64,000 nt of DNA from an uncultured delta proteobacterium (GTDB lineage Bacteria; Desulfobacterota; Desulfuromonadia; Desulfuromonadales; BM103). The notes under the pieces were generated by a model. That model saw nothing but the letters and a program-made list of their open reading frames with translations. It made no database searches and was not told the origin of the DNA. The stretch spans positions 64,001-128,000 of the forward strand of contig CAVQRZ010000022.1 in the NCBI GenBank assembly GCA_963715335.1, in the 5' to 3' direction. Both the position numbers and the translations under genes were made by a program. Below, in pieces: positions 10,136 through 24,464 of the stretch (within the stretch, counting starts at the first letter, position 1; each line of letters opens with the position of its first letter).

Positions 10136-10951
10136 ATGACCGTGAAGGTCCAAAGAAATTTCGTAATCAACTTTTCCCGGGGCTTCTTTGCCCCGTTCCG
10201 AAGTGTCAGGACATTGCGAAATAACCCGCGATTACTGCCATATATCATTATCCCTTTTCTGATCAATGTCACAGTGTTCAGCGGTGCTGTCTATCTGGGC
10301 CTGGATTTTTTCGGCACGACCGTTGTGGCGCAACTCCCACATGGTGAGGCATGGTACTGGGCGGCTCTTTACTGGCTGGTCTGGATGCTGGCGGTCCTGG
10401 TGACGGCCGTACTGGTTTTCTTCACCTTCACCGTGGTTGGCAACCTGATTGCGTCGCCTTTCAACGACCTGCTCTCGGAGCGGACCGAGCAGGCTTTGAG
10501 CGGTGAGACCAACAACGAAGTGTTTTCATTCGGTCAATTCCTGAGTGATGGATGGCGAACCGTGCTGATGGAAGCGAAGAAGATGTCGATCTTTGTCGTG
10601 ATCATGGTGCTGATTCTGCCACTGAACCTGCTGCCGGGATTCGGTAACGGGCTCTACACAGTCCTTGCGGTCGGTCTGACTCTCTTCTTTCTCAGTTTTG
10701 AATACCTCGGCTTTGTCATGGTCCGCAAACACAAGTTTTTCAGTGAACAGAAGAGCTACATCTTCGCCCGCAAATTTCTCATGCTTGGTTTCTCCTGTGG
10801 TGTGATGGCCCTCCTGGCGATCCCGTTCTTTCAGTTGCTCTGTATCCCTCTGGCCGTCATCGGCATTACCCGTCTTTGGTGCGAGGAGAAAGGACTGGCC
10901 CAGCCGGGCAGTGCCGCAGACAGGATGCCAACGATGGATGAGTCAGGCTAG
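10136..10951 (+). CDS. EI24/CysZ-like membrane protein
   Basis: IIIPFLIN, NLIASPFNDLLSERTE, FEY, IPFFQL motifs; ATG at 10136 has RBS GAGGTG. Confidence 0.8.
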   Translation: MTVKVQRNFVINFSRGFFAPFRSVRTLRNNPRLLPYIIIPFLINVTVFSGAVYLGLDFFGTTVVAQLPHGEAWYWAALYWLVWMLAVLVTAVLVFFTFTVVGNLIASPFNDLLSERTEQALSGETNNEVFSFGQFLSDGWRTVLMEAKKMSIFVVIMVLILPLNLLPGFGNGLYTVLAVGLTLFFLSFEYLGFVMVRKHKFFSEQKSYIFARKFLMLGFSCGVMALLAIPFFQLLCIPLAVIGITRLWCEEKGLAQPGSAADRMPTMDESG

Positions 10952-10964
10952 AGGGCCGTCCGCG

Positions 10965-11750
10965 ATGAAAGACCTGATCATCCAAGCGGCCCGTAAATCT
11001 GGGGCCCTCCTCATGGAGAAATTCGAGAAGGGTATCCGTGTCGAGTTCAAGGGTAAATATGACCTGGTTACTGAAGCTGACCGCCAGTCGGAAGCACTGA
11101 TTGTAGGGCTGATTCGAGAACGGTTTCCTGACCACGACATCCTCGCTGAGGAAGATGATTACGGCCAGCTCAACTCTGACCATCGCTGGATTATAGATCC
11201 GCTTGATGGCACAACCAATTTCGCCCATGGCTTCCCGTGGTTCGCTGTTTCGATTGCCCTGGAGATCTGTGGCCGGTTGACACTGGGCGTCGTCTATAAC
11301 CCTTATGTAGGTGAGTTTTACTTTGCGGAGCGTGGCCAGGGGGCATTTCTCAACGATCGCCGCCTGCAGGTTTCAGAAATCCGTATTCTGGAACGAGCGT
11401 TGCTGGCCACCGGGTTTGCCTATGATCACAAGAACTGCAAGGTAAATAACTACGATTATTTCGCCCGTTTCCAGAGAGCGGCGCAGGCATGTCGCCGCCC
11501 CGGGGTTGCCAGCCTTGATCTTGCCAGTGTTGCTGCGGGACGATTCGACGGGTTCTGGGAGATGAAACTCAAGCCGTGGGACCTGGCGGCCGGAATTCTG
11601 CTGGTCGAAGAGAGCGGTGGCAGGGTCAGTGATTTTGATGGCAACCCGATGACCCTCGAGTCTCTGGAATGCCTGGCCAGCAATGTCCTGATTCATGAGG
11701 AAATGCAGAACATCCTGCAACCGGGTTGTCGCCCTCATGCGATCCGATAA
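10965..11750 (+). CDS. suhB: Inositol monophosphatase family protein
   Basis: DLVTEADRQSE, WIIDPLDGTTNFAHG, LKPWDLAAG. Confidence 0.85.
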   Translation: MKDLIIQAARKSGALLMEKFEKGIRVEFKGKYDLVTEADRQSEALIVGLIRERFPDHDILAEEDDYGQLNSDHRWIIDPLDGTTNFAHGFPWFAVSIALEICGRLTLGVVYNPYVGEFYFAERGQGAFLNDRRLQVSEIRILERALLATGFAYDHKNCKVNNYDYFARFQRAAQACRRPGVASLDLASVAAGRFDGFWEMKLKPWDLAAGILLVEESGGRVSDFDGNPMTLESLECLASNVLIHEEMQNILQPGCRPHAIR

Positions 11751-13005
11751 AATATTTTCCCCCTGCAAAGGAACATTCCTCTGCATTTTTACCGTTCTGG
11801 CTCTCGTGTTGGCCCCGTGCCGCGCAGAAGTTGTCGCCTCGCCAGGCAATCAGGCCGGGAAAGCCGTTGCCCTGCTTGAGCAAGGGAATTATGCCGGCGC
11901 GCTCGAGGTCCTGCACTCCCTGGGCAAAACCCTCAGCAATCCAGAGCAGATTTCCAGTTTGCTAGCCCTTGCCTATCTGGGGCAGGGTTATCAGTTCCTT
12001 GCTGCCGGGGACTTACCGTCCGCCCGCGAATCTTTTCGTTCCGGGCGAAGCTACAACGATGAGGACCTTCGTCTCTGGCTGGGTGAAGCCATGACCCTAT
12101 ACAGGCAGGGCAAATACCCGGAAGCGGTCTCTGTGCTCGATCAGGCCCTCGCAATTGATCAGCAAAACCCTGATGTCTATCTTCTGTTGGGCAAGGTTTA
12201 TTATGCCGACGGGCGCATGCCTGAGGCCGTCGACGCACTGCAGGGGTCGGTGGAATACGGTGGCGGTGATGAAGTTGTCGGCTTACTCGACAAGGTGCGC
12301 CAGGAGTGGCAGATTGAAGAGGAAATGCGACAGGAATCCCGGGGGCATTTCCAATTGTCCTTCGTCGACGGTGAGCACGCCTCAGCCCTGGCCGCCGAGA
12401 TTCTGGAAACTCTGGAGGATGCCTACGTGGAGGTGGGTTCCGATCTGGCATATTACCCTGATGTCAGGGTTTCTGTCCTGCTGTACTCTCACCGCGACTA
12501 TGCAGACGTTACTCAATCACCGGACTGGACTGGTGCCGTCTATGACGGCAAGATACGTCTGCCGCTGGCTGGCGTGCGCTCGATGACAAAGCGGTTCTCC
12601 GCGGTCCTCTATCACGAGTACATGCACGTACTGGTTCATCTCATGGCGGGCAGCAAGGTACCGGTCTGGCTCAATGAAGGGTTGGCGGAACTCTCTGGTC
12701 GACGGATTGACTCCACTCCGTTGATCGATTTGACCGCGGCTGTCGAATCAGACCAACTCCTCGAATGGCGTGATCTGGAGAAGCCGTTCTCCGACCTCCC
12801 GGATGACCGGGTACCAATGGCGTATGAGCAGAGTCATTCCCTGGCACTCTTCATGATTGACAGCTACGGATGGCACAAAATGGCAGAACTTCTGGAGAGT
12901 CTGGGGAAACAGCAGGAGTGGCCAGCGGCCGTCGCTGACGTTTACCAGGAGTACGGACTGGATTGGCCTGCCATCCAGAAAGAATGGCAGGCAGGCCTTC
13001 GCTAA
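11737..13005 (+). CDS. Exported TPR protein with peptidase MA-like (gluzincin) domain
   Basis: Signal peptide, TPR-like helices, LYHEYMH (HEXXH) and PVWLNEGLAE. Confidence 0.8.
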   Translation: MRSDKIFSPCKGTFLCIFTVLALVLAPCRAEVVASPGNQAGKAVALLEQGNYAGALEVLHSLGKTLSNPEQISSLLALAYLGQGYQFLAAGDLPSARESFRSGRSYNDEDLRLWLGEAMTLYRQGKYPEAVSVLDQALAIDQQNPDVYLLLGKVYYADGRMPEAVDALQGSVEYGGGDEVVGLLDKVRQEWQIEEEMRQESRGHFQLSFVDGEHASALAAEILETLEDAYVEVGSDLAYYPDVRVSVLLYSHRDYADVTQSPDWTGAVYDGKIRLPLAGVRSMTKRFSAVLYHEYMHVLVHLMAGSKVPVWLNEGLAELSGRRIDSTPLIDLTAAVESDQLLEWRDLEKPFSDLPDDRVPMAYEQSHSLALFMIDSYGWHKMAELLESLGKQQEWPAAVADVYQEYGLDWPAIQKEWQAGLR

Positions 13006-13011
13006 ACGAGA

Positions 13012-13434
13012 CTACTTTGTCTTTTCCTCCGTCTGAACCGTTGCCGGTGAAGACTCCTCCGCTCTGATCTGTTCAACTTCCTCCTCGAGAGCAGCCGCTT
13101 CGGCCTTCAGCTCATCAAGTCTGTTCAGGATAGCCTTGACCGCCTCCTGGCCCATGATGTTCCTCGCCCCGGCCTCGCGCAAATCGTCAACCAGTTTGCC
13201 GAGTTCAGCATGAGTCAAGCCGATCTTTTTATGCAGCGCGGAGAGGTCAATTTTCTTCTGCACCAGTTTTTTATACTGGTTGGCTTTGAAGGTTGCCGTG
13301 TTGAAAGCCTGCCTGGTGCTGCCCCAGATCTTCTCTGTGGTTCCCTTGAGCTTTTCGAGCTGGTCCTCATGCCGCTCCGTTGGTTCGACGGCTTCGGTTT
13401 CTGACGCTTTCGGTTCTTTAACTTGATCGTCCAT
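13012..13434 (-). CDS. Hypothetical coiled-coil protein
   Basis: 140 aa, E/K-rich helical pattern, RBS GGAGG. Confidence 0.7.
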   Translation of the reverse strand: MDDQVKEPKASETEAVEPTERHEDQLEKLKGTTEKIWGSTRQAFNTATFKANQYKKLVQKKIDLSALHKKIGLTHAELGKLVDDLREAGARNIMGQEAVKAILNRLDELKAEAAALEEEVEQIRAEESSPATVQTEEKTK

Positions 13435-13573
13435 GCAGTCCCTCCATAGCTAGTGTTTTCTATAGCTTATCATTGTCTATACAAGGGTCAAGAGGATCTT
13501 TTTATCATCACTTCTTGCCCCTGGCAGCACGATCGTCTACACTGTGCAAATTTGGAATACAAGGAGGAATATT

Positions 13574-14524
13574 ATGGTTGCAAATGAAAGAGGGCAGACC
13601 AAGTTCCAGATCAATCTACGCCGCTATTTAAGAGAGAGTGGTGTCGATCGCGACCTGACCCGTGTGATCTGCGAAATCGCCAACGCCTCAAAATACATCA
13701 TCAACGCCATTCGCACCGGTGATCTCGGTGTGGCGGGAACATCCAACCTTTACGGGGAGCAACAGCTGGCACTCGATGTTTTGTCTGACCGGATCATCCA
13801 GAAGCGTTTGATGTATTCCGGGGTGATCGCCAAGATGGCTTCGGAGGAATTGGACGAGATTATTACGGTGACAGTCCCAACCAACGGGCGTTACTCTGTC
13901 GCATTCGATCCCCTCGACGGGTCATCCCTTGTCGATGTCAACCTTGCAGTCGGGACTATTGTCTCCATCTATGAAGGGGATAATGTCCTGCAGCCGGGAC
14001 GGAACCAGGTCGCTGCGCTCTATGTCCTTTACGGCCCTCGCACGACCATGGTGGTCTCGACCGGTAACGGGGTGCATGAATTTGCCATGAATCTGCTGAT
14101 GGAATTCGACCTGGTCCAGGAGAATATTCGGCTGGATGGACCGGCTAAAATCTACGCGCCGGGCGGTGCCCGAAACAAATACCCCAGCGGGGTCGAAAAG
14201 TTTGCCCGGCATCTCGAAACCAATGGCGCCAAACTGCGTTACAGTGGCGGGTTTGTTCCTGATATCAACCAGGTTCTGATCAAACGTAGCGGGATATTCA
14301 TGTACCCGCACCTTGCAGATGCCCCAGAGGGAAAACTTCGTCTGCTTTACGAATTAAATCCCATGGCTTTCCTGGTTGAACAGGCTGGTGGCGCGGCGTC
14401 TACCGGGAAGCAGAGAATCCTCGATATCCAACCGGAAAGTGCTGATCAACGGGCACCGGTTTTCATCGGCTCTCGTCAAGATGTCGAAATGGCAGAAAAA
14501 TTTATCCGGGAAGAAGAAGGATAG
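13574..14524 (+). CDS. fbp: Fructose-1,6-bisphosphatase class 1
   Basis: NLYGEQQLALDV, ASEE, FDPLDGSSLVDVN, LRYSGGFVPD, GKLRLLYELNP. Confidence 0.95.
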   Translation: MVANERGQTKFQINLRRYLRESGVDRDLTRVICEIANASKYIINAIRTGDLGVAGTSNLYGEQQLALDVLSDRIIQKRLMYSGVIAKMASEELDEIITVTVPTNGRYSVAFDPLDGSSLVDVNLAVGTIVSIYEGDNVLQPGRNQVAALYVLYGPRTTMVVSTGNGVHEFAMNLLMEFDLVQENIRLDGPAKIYAPGGARNKYPSGVEKFARHLETNGAKLRYSGGFVPDINQVLIKRSGIFMYPHLADAPEGKLRLLYELNPMAFLVEQAGGAASTGKQRILDIQPESADQRAPVFIGSRQDVEMAEKFIREEEG

Positions 14525-14545
14525 CTGGCTGTCCTTGGACAAATC

Positions 14546-14584
14546 AGAAAGAGGGGCATGCAACAATTGCATGCCCCTCTTTCT
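14546..14584. terminator. Bidirectional terminator
   Basis: Perfect 18-bp stem AGAAAGAGGGGCATGCAA/TTGCATGCCCCTCTTTCT between convergent genes. Confidence 0.8.
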
Positions 14585-14609
14585 TGCAGAGAACGCACAG
14601 GCAGGCAGG

Positions 14610-15098
14610 TTAATCAAGCGTATACAGCGTATCGTCGTGTTCAGGAGGCAGATACTGCTTCTTCAGGCCTTTCAACTTCTTCTGGCTGAACAGGTCGTTG
14701 CCGTCGAACAGTTCCCCCATCTCAGCTTCAATCTGTTCCGGATCCTCTCCTGCTTCCAGGCGGCTGAGGGCCTCTTCTGCGCCTTCGCCAAGGTCCATCC
14801 CGGTCATGCTTGAAAACTTACGCATGAAATTCGCCATAGCTTTAGGGTCATTCTCGTCCATGCTCTCCATCTCGCCTGCCAGGGTCATCATCGCCTGTTC
14901 CATCTTTGATTCGTCGAGATCCGGCACCCCTTCGGCAGGCTCGCCAAGATTTCTGGAGATGGCAAAGGCGGAAACCCGCTTCTCCAGCCCTGGCTGAGTA
15001 CAACGAGGACAAGATGGGGTTTTGTCCATGTTGACACGACGGGAGAGGAAGTTGAAAATGGCGTGGCAATCGGCACAGTAGAATTCATAAACGGGCAT
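14610..15098 (-). CDS. FmdB-family zinc-ribbon protein
   Basis: MPVYEFYCADC...CPRC; acidic helical C-terminus; RBS AGGAGG. Confidence 0.85.
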   Translation of the reverse strand: MPVYEFYCADCHAIFNFLSRRVNMDKTPSCPRCTQPGLEKRVSAFAISRNLGEPAEGVPDLDESKMEQAMMTLAGEMESMDENDPKAMANFMRKFSSMTGMDLGEGAEEALSRLEAGEDPEQIEAEMGELFDGNDLFSQKKLKGLKKQYLPPEHDDTLYTLD

Positions 15099-15192
15099 TT
15101 TATCCTCCTGTCTCTTCCCCGACATTTTTTAACGCAAAGGCGCCAAGAGTGCAAAGGGTAAATGTATTGTCATGATCAGGTGTTATACAACG

Positions 15193-15227
15193 AAAAAGTC
15201 CGGCGAGATATCCCGCCGGACTTTTTT
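15193..15227 (-). terminator. Terminator after kor operon
   Basis: AAAAAGTCCGGCG-N8-CGCCGGACTTTTTT. Confidence 0.8.
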
Positions 15228-15249
15228 ATACAGCCTATTCGGAACGAAC

Positions 15250-15798
15250 TTATTTAGCCAGTTCCTTGCCCTTTTCGAAACCGAGGCTGAAAGCTTTCTT
15301 GTTCAGTTCCTTGAAAGCTTCTGGGACCTTGCGCAGCACGGCCTCTTCACCGGCTTCCCTGGAGACTACACCGGTCAGGCCGATCATGGCGCCTAAGGCA
15401 ACCACGTTGGCAACGATTTCGCGACCGATGTCTTCCTTGGCCATGCGCATGATCGGCAGGCGATGGACGATGAAGTTGCCTTGCGGGGCTCTCTTTACAA
15501 AGTCCTCGTCAAGCAGCAGCAGACCACCTTCTTTGATGCCGTTGGCATACTTGTCAGCTGCTTCCTGGGTCATTGCCAGGCAGGCGTCGACGATGGTTGC
15601 TTTCGGATAGTCGATTGGTGCGTCCGAGATAATAACCTCGGATTTCGAGGCGCCACCGCGGGCTTCAGGGCCGTAGCTTTGCGACTGCACGGCGCTTTTG
15701 CCTTCAATGATGGATGCTGCCTCGGCGAGGATGATGCCGGCGGTGATCAGACCCTGACCACCGGCACCGGAAAAGCGAAGCTCATAACGTTCAGCCAT
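15250..15798 (-). CDS. korC: 2-oxoglutarate:ferredoxin oxidoreductase gamma subunit
   Basis: GAGGQG, QSYGPEARGGAS, NVVALG. Confidence 0.9.
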   Translation of the reverse strand: MAERYELRFSGAGGQGLITAGIILAEAASIIEGKSAVQSQSYGPEARGGASKSEVIISDAPIDYPKATIVDACLAMTQEAADKYANGIKEGGLLLLDEDFVKRAPQGNFIVHRLPIMRMAKEDIGREIVANVVALGAMIGLTGVVSREAGEEAVLRKVPEAFKELNKKAFSLGFEKGKELAK

Positions 15799-15822
15799 GG
15801 TTCTTTCTCCTTAGTGTAATGA

Positions 15823-16641
15823 TCAGGCGCCCTGCGCCTTCTTGATAACTTCTGCGTACATTTCACAGTACTCGGGCTTTTCCGTATCATGGTACAGCAC
15901 ACCGGTGAGAAATTTGCCGGCGAGCTGTTCGGCAGTCATCTTGGCGGCAGCTTTGACCGGAACGGCGTTGGCCTTGAGGTGCTTCATCATGTCGACAACG
16001 GAACGGAACTTGTTGCGGCGGCCGTAAGTGGTCGGGCAATCGTCGAGGACTTCGATGATGGACATCCCCTTGTGCTGGATCCCCTGTACGATCAGCTTGT
16101 CGATCTCACGGGGATGGGCAGCGGTGGTCCGGGCGACGAAGGTCGCGCCGGAACCGATGGCCAGCTTGGAGATGTCGAAGATCGGGTCCGGGTTGCCGTA
16201 AGGCGTGGTCGATGCCTTGGCGCCGGTCGGGGTGCAGGGGGAGAACTGGCCACCGGTCATGCCGTAGATGAAGTTATTCATCAGGACATAGGTCATGTCA
16301 ATGTTGCGGCGGCATGCATGAATGAAGTGGTTGCCGCCGATAGCGGTACCGTCGCCGTCGCCGCCACAGCAGATAACAGTCATTTCCGGTTTGGCCATCT
16401 TGACACCGGTGGCAAATGCTGCAGCACGACCGTGGGCGGTGTGCAGGGTGCAGGCGTCGAGGTAACCGGGGAGGCGGCTGGCGCAGCCTATCCCTGAAAC
16501 GATAGCGGTGTTCTTGCGATCCAGTTCACAGGTGTCCATGGCCCGGATCAGGCCCTTCATAACGATGCCGTGACCGCAGCCTGGGCACCAGATGTGCGGC
16601 AGCTTGCCGGGACGGATCGACTTCTCGTAATCGTAAGCCAT
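15823..16641 (-). CDS. korB: 2-oxoglutarate:ferredoxin oxidoreductase beta subunit
   Basis: WCPGCG, SGIGC, GGDGD...NNFIYGMTGGQ TPP-binding motif. Confidence 0.92.
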   Translation of the reverse strand: MAYDYEKSIRPGKLPHIWCPGCGHGIVMKGLIRAMDTCELDRKNTAIVSGIGCASRLPGYLDACTLHTAHGRAAAFATGVKMAKPEMTVICCGGDGDGTAIGGNHFIHACRRNIDMTYVLMNNFIYGMTGGQFSPCTPTGAKASTTPYGNPDPIFDISKLAIGSGATFVARTTAAHPREIDKLIVQGIQHKGMSIIEVLDDCPTTYGRRNKFRSVVDMMKHLKANAVPVKAAAKMTAEQLAGKFLTGVLYHDTEKPEYCEMYAEVIKKAQGA

Positions 16642-17774
16642 TAGAGGACCTCCTTGACTTTGGCCATGATCTGCCCGGGATTGATCGGCTCACCATCGAC
16701 CCGGCCTTCATGGACCACAACACAGTTGCCTTTGGCAACGCGCTCAACTTCGAAAACCATCTGGCCAAGGTTCATCTCCGCAACCACGATGGCCTTGACC
16801 TTTTTTGCCAACTCGGCAGTCCGTTGTACCGGGAACGGCCAGAGGGTGATGGCGCGGAACATGCCGGCCTTGATCCCCTCTTTGCGCAGTTCGTTGACCG
16901 CATAGCGTGCTGAACGGGCGGTCGAACCGAAAGACCAGATAATCACTTCCGCGTCTTCGGTCAAGTACTCCTCGTACGACTCGATGTCAGCGATGTTGTC
17001 CATGACCTTGGCGATCTGGCGACGCTCTTCCGCCTCAACCAGGCTGGCCTTGGTGGTCGGGAAACCATCATCAGCCTTGTTCAGGCCGGTGACATGGTAT
17101 TTGTACTCGGAACCGAAGGCAGCCAGCGGCGGAACTTGACCCTTGGTGGAATCGTAGGGTTTGTAGTCTGCGGGGCTGACCGAAGGAGCTTCGCGATCGA
17201 TAACTTCCAGTTCGCCCGGTTCGGGGAATACAATGCGCTCGCGCATGTGGCCGACGATCTCGTCAAAGAGAACCTGTACCGGCATGCGGTATTTTTCGGC
17301 GAGGTTGAAGGCGCGGACCGTCTCGGAGAAAATCTCCTGGCAGGATGCCGGTACCAGGGCGATGGCGGCATGGTCACCGTGGGTGCCCCACATGGCCTGC
17401 ATGACATCGGACTGGCCTGGTCCGGTCGGCATGCCGGTCGAAGGACCGCCACGCATAACGTTGATGATGACGCAGGGGACTTCGGCGATGCAGGCATAGC
17501 CGATCAGTTCCTGCTTGAGGGAGACGCCGGGCCCGGAAGTCGCGGTAATCGACTTGGCACCGGTCAGAGATGCGCCGATGACTGAAGCCATAGCGCCAAT
17601 CTCGTCTTCCATCTGGATGAATTTGCCACCGACCTTGGGAAGTTCGATTGACAGAACTTCTGCGACTTCGGTCGAGGGGGTGATGGGGTAACCACCGAAA
17701 AACTTGGCGCCGGCATAGACTGCACCCATCGCACAAGCTTCGTTCCCCTGTAACAGAGCAACTTTCTTAGCCAC
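16641..17774 (-). CDS. korA: 2-oxoglutarate:ferredoxin oxidoreductase alpha subunit
   Basis: GNEA, YPITPSTE, QMEDEI, TATSGPG, RGGPSTG; GTG start at 17774 (alternative 17780). Confidence 0.92.
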   Translation of the reverse strand: MAKKVALLQGNEACAMGAVYAGAKFFGGYPITPSTEVAEVLSIELPKVGGKFIQMEDEIGAMASVIGASLTGAKSITATSGPGVSLKQELIGYACIAEVPCVIINVMRGGPSTGMPTGPGQSDVMQAMWGTHGDHAAIALVPASCQEIFSETVRAFNLAEKYRMPVQVLFDEIVGHMRERIVFPEPGELEVIDREAPSVSPADYKPYDSTKGQVPPLAAFGSEYKYHVTGLNKADDGFPTTKASLVEAEERRQIAKVMDNIADIESYEEYLTEDAEVIIWSFGSTARSARYAVNELRKEGIKAGMFRAITLWPFPVQRTAELAKKVKAIVVAEMNLGQMVFEVERVAKGNCVVVHEGRVDGEPINPGQIMAKVKEVL

Positions 17775-17804
17775 GTTCACTCTCCTTGTATAGAAATGGG
17801 TCGT

Positions 17805-17996
17805 TTACTCGTCATGGACCTTGATGGCGAAGTCCGGGCAGAGCAGTTCACACTGCATGCACTTGATGCAGTCTTCCGGCCTTGGGGCTGTGACCAGGAA
17901 GACGTCCATCTCCAGGACATCCTTCGGGCAGAATTCGACGCATATGCTGCAACCTTTGCAGTTACGCTCGATAATTTCGAGTCTTGCACCACTCAT
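17805..17996 (-). CDS. korD: 2[4Fe-4S] ferredoxin, Kor delta subunit
   Basis: CKGCSICVEFCP and CIKCMQCELLCP; RBS AGGAG. Confidence 0.9.
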   Translation of the reverse strand: MSGARLEIIERNCKGCSICVEFCPKDVLEMDVFLVTAPRPEDCIKCMQCELLCPDFAIKVHDE

Positions 17997-18093
17997 TCTG
18001 GTTCGTCTCCTTTGTACTTGAATTTTCGCTGAAAACAGCGGATTTTGCGGCGAAAACATATCACAAGTGGTCAAGCTACGCCACAATAATTTT

Positions 18094-18108
18094 TGTATAC
18101 AGTATATT
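18094..18108. promoter_or_regulatory. GTATACAGTAT operator upstream of korD
   Basis: TGTATACAGTATATT; same motif upstream of icd and acnB. Confidence 0.65.
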
Positions 18109-18171
18109 TTTTCAGCGGGCTTGTCCTGATTCAATAAGTACCTGAAATTTATGCGAAATTGCAGTCTGAAT

Positions 18172-18204
18172 AAGAAAGAAGGGCAATGTTGCCATTGCCC
18201 TTCT
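18172..18204 (-). terminator. Terminator after mdh
   Basis: AGAAGGGCAATG-N4-CATTGCCCTTCT with T-rich tail on minus strand. Confidence 0.7.
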
Positions 18205-18232
18205 CCGGACTCAAGAAAGAGGCCAAGGCGGC

Positions 18233-19201
<969 letters not shown>

Positions 19202-19223
19202 CTAGATTAGTTGGATAAGTAAT

Positions 19224-19251
19224 CGGGACGGAGCATTGCTGCTCCGTCCCG
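19224..19251. other. Intergenic stem-loop between icd and mdh
   Basis: CGGGACGGAGCA-TTGC-TGCTCCGTCCCG. Confidence 0.6.
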
Positions 19252-19258
19252 GCCGTTA

Positions 19259-21482
<2,224 letters not shown>

Positions 21483-21571
21483 GTTCTCTCTCTCCTTAGA
21501 AGTTTTTATATCAGTATTGCCAGAGGCAGAATGTCAAAATAAAAAATGCGCAAGGAGGCCTTGCGGAAAGG

Positions 21572-21606
21572 TGTATACAGTATACAAATGGCTTTTGGGC
21601 TGTCAA
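21572..21606 (-). promoter_or_regulatory. Sigma70-like icd promoter with overlapping TGTATACAGTATACA operator
   Basis: Minus strand TTGACA (21606-21601)-16 nt-TATACT (21584-21579); operator 21572-21586. Confidence 0.7.
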
Positions 21607-21713
21607 GGAAAAAGTGTGACGGGTTTCCCGACCAAAACAGTGGGAAAGGTAATCAAAAGATAACATATTTATAGCTGATGGCAGGGGCTTGGCAACAACA
21701 TGCGTTAGCGTGC

Positions 21714-21754
21714 AAAAAAGCCCGCAGTACGGAGTTTTTTAATCCTTGCGGGCT
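21714..21754 (-). terminator. Terminator after hisS-aspS-LysM run
   Basis: Minus strand AGCCCGCA...TGCGGGCTTTTTT. Confidence 0.6.
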
Positions 21755-21828
21755 GGTACGAAAAAATCGGGCCGGTAACAGAATGACGGGAATGCAGATA
21801 GAAAAAGACTGCTGATGATAACAGCTTT

Positions 21829-22536
21829 TTACTGGCCTGGAGGAGTGGCTCCGGGGAGAGGAAAAATATCAGATTCCCGTGCTTTCTGGCGAGCGTCTTC
21901 AAGTTCTTCCTTGGTCATGTCGCGACGGATGCCGAGGGCCTGGCCAGGGAATATCTGGCGGGGATCCTTGATCTGGTCACGGTTGGCCTGATAGAGCAGG
22001 GGCCAGAGCAACCCTTCGCCGTAGACCTGGGGTTGCGCTGAAATCGTCCAGAGGTTTTCTCCTTCACCAACCTTGTATTCCGCGACCAGCTCAACTTTTG
22101 GCTTGGGCACAGGGGCGGCGGGCACGGGGACGGGTTTTGCGGCCGGTATTTTTTTCTCTTCTTTCGTGCCAGCTTTTTCTGCCTGGGCTTTTTTCAGTTC
22201 AGTCTGGCGGACTTTTTCCGCTTCGATCGCCTTCTGCTCCTCTTCCTGTTTGAGCCTTGCCTGGCTCTCTGCAGTGAGAACAATGGCACGCCGGGCATGC
22301 TGAAGTGCGTACTCGATCGAATCCCGGGCGCTGCCGTACTCGGCCTTGTCCATGGCCCTGTGTGCGTCATTCAGAGCGGTATGCGCAGCCTGGTATTCGG
22401 CCGGAGCAAAGTCCATGGCCTGTAACTCCTGGGCTCTTTTGACCATGTACTCTGCCACATCCAGTTCCTTGTGCGGTGGTTTGGCGCAGGAAATCAGCAA
22501 TGCGACAAGAGTGAATATAAACAGGTGGCGCAACAT
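21829..22536 (-). CDS. Lipoprotein with DUF4398-like helical domain and LysM domain
   Basis: Lipobox LISC, FAPAEYQAA, P-rich linker, YKVGEGENLWTIS...WPLLYQANRDQIKDPRQIFPGQ; alternative TTG start 22557. Confidence 0.85.
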   Translation of the reverse strand: MLRHLFIFTLVALLISCAKPPHKELDVAEYMVKRAQELQAMDFAPAEYQAAHTALNDAHRAMDKAEYGSARDSIEYALQHARRAIVLTAESQARLKQEEEQKAIEAEKVRQTELKKAQAEKAGTKEEKKIPAAKPVPVPAAPVPKPKVELVAEYKVGEGENLWTISAQPQVYGEGLLWPLLYQANRDQIKDPRQIFPGQALGIRRDMTKEELEDARQKARESDIFPLPGATPPGQ

Positions 22537-22565
22537 ATGATTGGCAATCCGTTTCAAATCCGGAA

Positions 22566-24368
<1,803 letters not shown>

Positions 24369-24464
24369 AGGGGTAACTCCTTATAAATATTGACTATTTT
24401 CGTTCGCATGAAGACGCGTGTCCGCCAGGACAAGCGAGCATTATATCGGTGCCATAAAAGGGCG

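Noticed and set aside
14619..14635. CGTATACAGCGTAT resembling the TCA operator
   Set aside because: Lies inside the 3' end of a coding sequence and the spacing differs
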